37,528 nucleotides of DNA. Origin: a virus (lineage: Duplodnaviria > Caudoviricetes). Below the pieces are notes generated by a model. It was given only the letters and a program-made list of their open reading frames with translations, made no database searches and was not told where the DNA came from. Each line of letters begins with the position of its first letter. Positions within the stretch are counted from its first letter, which is position 1. Positions 35,237 to 37,528 of this stretch are shown here, one piece after another. The stretch is from positions 1 through 37,528 of IMG/VR virus record IMGVR_UViG_3300037855_000079, one strand, 5' to 3'. A program made the position numbers and the translations under genes.

Positions 35237-36068
35237 CGAGCCAGCCCTCTTTTTTCACAAGAGCGATGATGTCTTTCTTGTGGTTGCGGAAGACGGCGAA
35301 CCGCGCGGCGCGAGGTAAACTCGGCAGGATGTCGCCAACCCGCTTCAGGAGTTTTTCCGTGTCCTTTTCCGGCGGTCTTCCGGACAAAAGCAGTTTGGCG
35401 TCGGCAATCGAGCCAGCCTTTGGAAGCTCGCCCACGACAAGATCCAGGACCTTTGCCTGGGCGTCGTGGTCAAGTTCCGCCAGCGCTTTGAGGTCGGATT
35501 GTTTTTCGGCAAAGGCAGTGCCTTTGAGCCGTTCGCGAGAAGTTACGGAGAGACCTTCGAAAATCTGAATGGCGAGCTCGACGGATCGGCGGGAAAGGCC
35601 GGTCTTCTCGGTAGCGTTTTGGCAAAACGCAAAAATTGCGACTTGATTTTGCTGTTTGTTTTTAAAGGTTTGGCCTTTGCGATTTCCACCGTGTTTGGTC
35701 TGCGGGTGCATCGCCTCGTAAATACGTTTCAGCTCAAACAGGGCCTCGCAGCGCTCCAGAGAGTTGAAATCCTTGCGGCCAAGGTTTTCCAGGATCTCGT
35801 GCAACCGCAGTTCTTCAGCGGGCTGGCCGGTGGCTGGGATGAGAACCCGGCAAGTGATCTCTTTGCGCTTCAGAAGCCTGAAAGCTTCAAGGCGGTGTTC
35901 ACCAGCGACCAGCCGGAAGCGTGGGCCCTCTGCAACAACCTCGATAGGAGTCTTATGACCGGTCTCCTGGATCATGTCGGCGAGCGTTGCAGCCCAATCC
36001 GGATCCACCGGGCGAAGCCGGGTCACGGGAACATCAATAAGTGAGATTTTGATTGTTGTTTCGGCCAT
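35229..36068 (-). CDS. ParB/Srx-family N-terminal domain protein with HTH
   Basis: RLRPVD, TPIEV, LVAGEHRLEA (GxxR), ENLGR, TGLSRRSV HTH. Start re-assigned to ATG 36068 behind AAGGGG. Confidence 0.88.
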   Translation of the reverse strand: MAETTIKISLIDVPVTRLRPVDPDWAATLADMIQETGHKTPIEVVAEGPRFRLVAGEHRLEAFRLLKRKEITCRVLIPATGQPAEELRLHEILENLGRKDFNSLERCEALFELKRIYEAMHPQTKHGGNRKGQTFKNKQQNQVAIFAFCQNATEKTGLSRRSVELAIQIFEGLSVTSRERLKGTAFAEKQSDLKALAELDHDAQAKVLDLVVGELPKAGSIADAKLLLSGRPPEKDTEKLLKRVGDILPSLPRAARFAVFRNHKKDIIALVKKEGWLDA

Positions 36069-36200
36069 CGAACATACCCCTTGAAAGCCGTTCAAAAAGA
36101 CCGGGCGGCAGGAGCGACCTGGTGGTCCGCCCGGTGAGTTGGGGAGGAACGCAGCATCCTGGTTAGACACCGCGCAAAGCGGCAGCGCCGCATCCCACCA

Positions 36201-36539
36201 CTAAGCCGCAGGTGGCGCGGTTTCCCTGACGCCCGGATGTGCGAAGGGCGCAAAGGGAATTTCAAATGGAGTGGAAGCTGGAACTGCATGCCAGTGCGAG
36301 CCGATGCCAGCGCGATTGAGCTGGTTGGCAATCCGCTGCGCAGTCAGTCGACTTTCATAGAGGAAGGCGTCGCCGGGAAAGAGGCCGGTTTCTCCTACGA
36401 GGAGGTCCCCGGTCTCGGTGTTGACGGTGGTGAACACGCCCGTGAAGAAATAGAAAATGCCGGATTTGGCAGTCTTGGCGAGAATGTAGCCAGAAGCCAG
36501 TGCCTGGACAGGCGAGCTTTGGTGACAGGAACTGGCCAT
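36201..36539 (-). CDS. Hypothetical protein
   Basis: 112 aa starting immediately after the ner stop (TAA-ATG). Confidence 0.55.
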   Translation of the reverse strand: MASSCHQSSPVQALASGYILAKTAKSGIFYFFTGVFTTVNTETGDLLVGETGLFPGDAFLYESRLTAQRIANQLNRAGIGSHWHAVPASTPFEIPFAPFAHPGVRETAPPAA

Positions 36540-36851
36540 TTACGCAGCCTCCCTGTCCGTAGATGCAATCTGTTTTGGCCTAGCGGCATAAGTTGCATAT
36601 TTGCTATCAAGGATTCGGGCGGTCGTCTTTGGATAGCGGCCTGGGAAAAGTTTCTCTTTGGGGGTTTCGAGAAAGTCCGCAATGGCTTCCTCGGCCCATG
36701 CGAGTGGGCGTTTCCAGACGTGTGACATGGACTTGGGATCCTTGCCGTTCGCCTCGGCGAGCTTGGCCATCGTCATCTGCTGGCGATGCAACTCGGCTTT
36801 TATGGACAACGGATCCCAGCCACCTTTGGGAACCTGTTTAGGCTTGGCCAT
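36540..36851 (-). CDS. ner: Ner/Nlp-like transcriptional regulator
   Basis: WDPLSIKAELHRQQMTMAKLA...AEEAIADFL...LFPGRY; divergent from the repressor. Confidence 0.9.
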   Translation of the reverse strand: MAKPKQVPKGGWDPLSIKAELHRQQMTMAKLAEANGKDPKSMSHVWKRPLAWAEEAIADFLETPKEKLFPGRYPKTTARILDSKYATYAARPKQIASTDREAA

Positions 36852-36867
36852 AGCGGGTGCCTTTCGT

Positions 36868-36897
36868 GAAAACGGTTTGTTGCAGCAAGCCGTTTTC
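36868..36897. repeat. Hairpin in ner leader (terminator-like on + strand)
   Basis: GAAAACGGTTTGT-TGCA-GCAAGCCGTTTTC followed by TTTGGATTTT. Confidence 0.65.
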
Positions 36898-36916
36898 TTT
36901 GGATTTTGTGTGTAAC

Positions 36917-36942
36917 CAGTCGGGCCGATCAGTCGGGCCGAT
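36917..36942. repeat. Perfect 13-bp tandem direct repeat
   Basis: CAGTCGGGCCGAT x2. Confidence 0.9.
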
Positions 36943-36948
36943 GAAAAG

Positions 36949-36991
36949 GGGATAAGCTACTTTTGTTATTTTGTAAATACCAATAGTAGCT
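36949..36991. promoter_or_regulatory. Divergent promoter/operator region of lysis-lysogeny switch
   Basis: AT-rich 37-bp imperfect palindrome 36955-36991 (15/17 arms) overlapping minus-strand TTTACA-N17-TATCCC. Confidence 0.65.
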
Positions 36992-37000
36992 AATTGAGAT

Positions 37001-37528
37001 TTGGCGAGACCTGAAAAAGAGTCAAAGACCGAGCTGGGTACGCGGATGCGCCAAGTCCGGCACCATTTCGGTGACCAAGACCGCGAGGCATTTGGTAAGT
37101 CTTTGGGTGTCAGCCGCGCTTCGTTGGCGTACTACGAAAGAGGCGAGCGCACCCCGGATGCAAACGTGCTCAGCAGATACCGAACCGATCTTGGTGTCAG
37201 CCTAGAGTGGCTTTTAACCGGGGCTGGGGAGATGTTCGCAGATACCTCTGCTGTTCCGTCGGGGCCGAGCTTTCATACTATAAAGCAAGACGTGTTCCGC
37301 GCGGTCGGACGCCTGGTCGCTAGCCTCCACAAAGCTGAAGGCATAACCCTCCCACCAGATGCACTCTTCGACGAGCAATCCAGTGCTTACAATGCATTGA
37401 TTGAGAGGGCTGAGGATCCGTCAGATGCAGACGAACTCAAGAGCCTGCTGCCCTGGCTTGAAACGCGGCTGAAACGTCAGCTCGCTGCGGCTAAAGCGTC
37501 CCCAGGAACCGGCAAACGCGAGGCTTGA
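37001..37528 (+). CDS. Prophage repressor, XRE-family HTH
   Basis: LGVSRASLAYYERGERTPD, VSLEWLLTGAGEM; divergent from ner; no S24 peptidase domain visible; TTG start. Confidence 0.88.
   Translation: MARPEKESKTELGTRMRQVRHHFGDQDREAFGKSLGVSRASLAYYERGERTPDANVLSRYRTDLGVSLEWLLTGAGEMFADTSAVPSGPSFHTIKQDVFRAVGRLVASLHKAEGITLPPDALFDEQSSAYNALIERAEDPSDADELKSLLPWLETRLKRQLAAAKASPGTGKREA

Larger units (their letters stand above)
3707..37528 (-). mobile_element. Mu-like transposable prophage with P2-type contractile tail (minimum extent; ends not located)
   Basis: Repressor/ner divergent switch, DDE transposase + AAA ATPase, GemA, Mor/C-like activator, Mu-type terminase/portal/F/I/T head genes, and a complete myophage tail set in conserved order with frequent stop/start overlaps. 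Confidence 0.95.

Overview
Most of the window (3707-37528) is an apparently intact, GC-rich Mu-like transposable prophage, probably from an alphaproteobacterium (inferred from protein and promoter style). It is read on the minus strand: ner, a ParB-like gene, transposase A/B, gemA, a Mor/C-type activator, lysis cassette, terminase, portal, gpF, protease/scaffold and capsid. A P2-type contractile tail follows (V, W, J, I, H, FI, FII, E/E', T, U, X, D). The repressor gene is divergent at the far right. The TG...CA termini are not recognisable inside the window. Two AT-richer cargo blocks stand out. The first is a 1061-aa SIR2-STAND NTPase-TPR protein with a C-terminal cold-shock/OB fold (Avs-like antiphage candidate) just beyond the last tail gene. 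The second is three unknown ORFs between gpF and the protease gene. Reading the DNA also shows a -1 frameshift product missed by the ORF track, a 22-bp dyad repeated at the two late promoters, and dispersed helically phased TTAA arrays. All product calls come from motif recognition and synteny, not from database searches.
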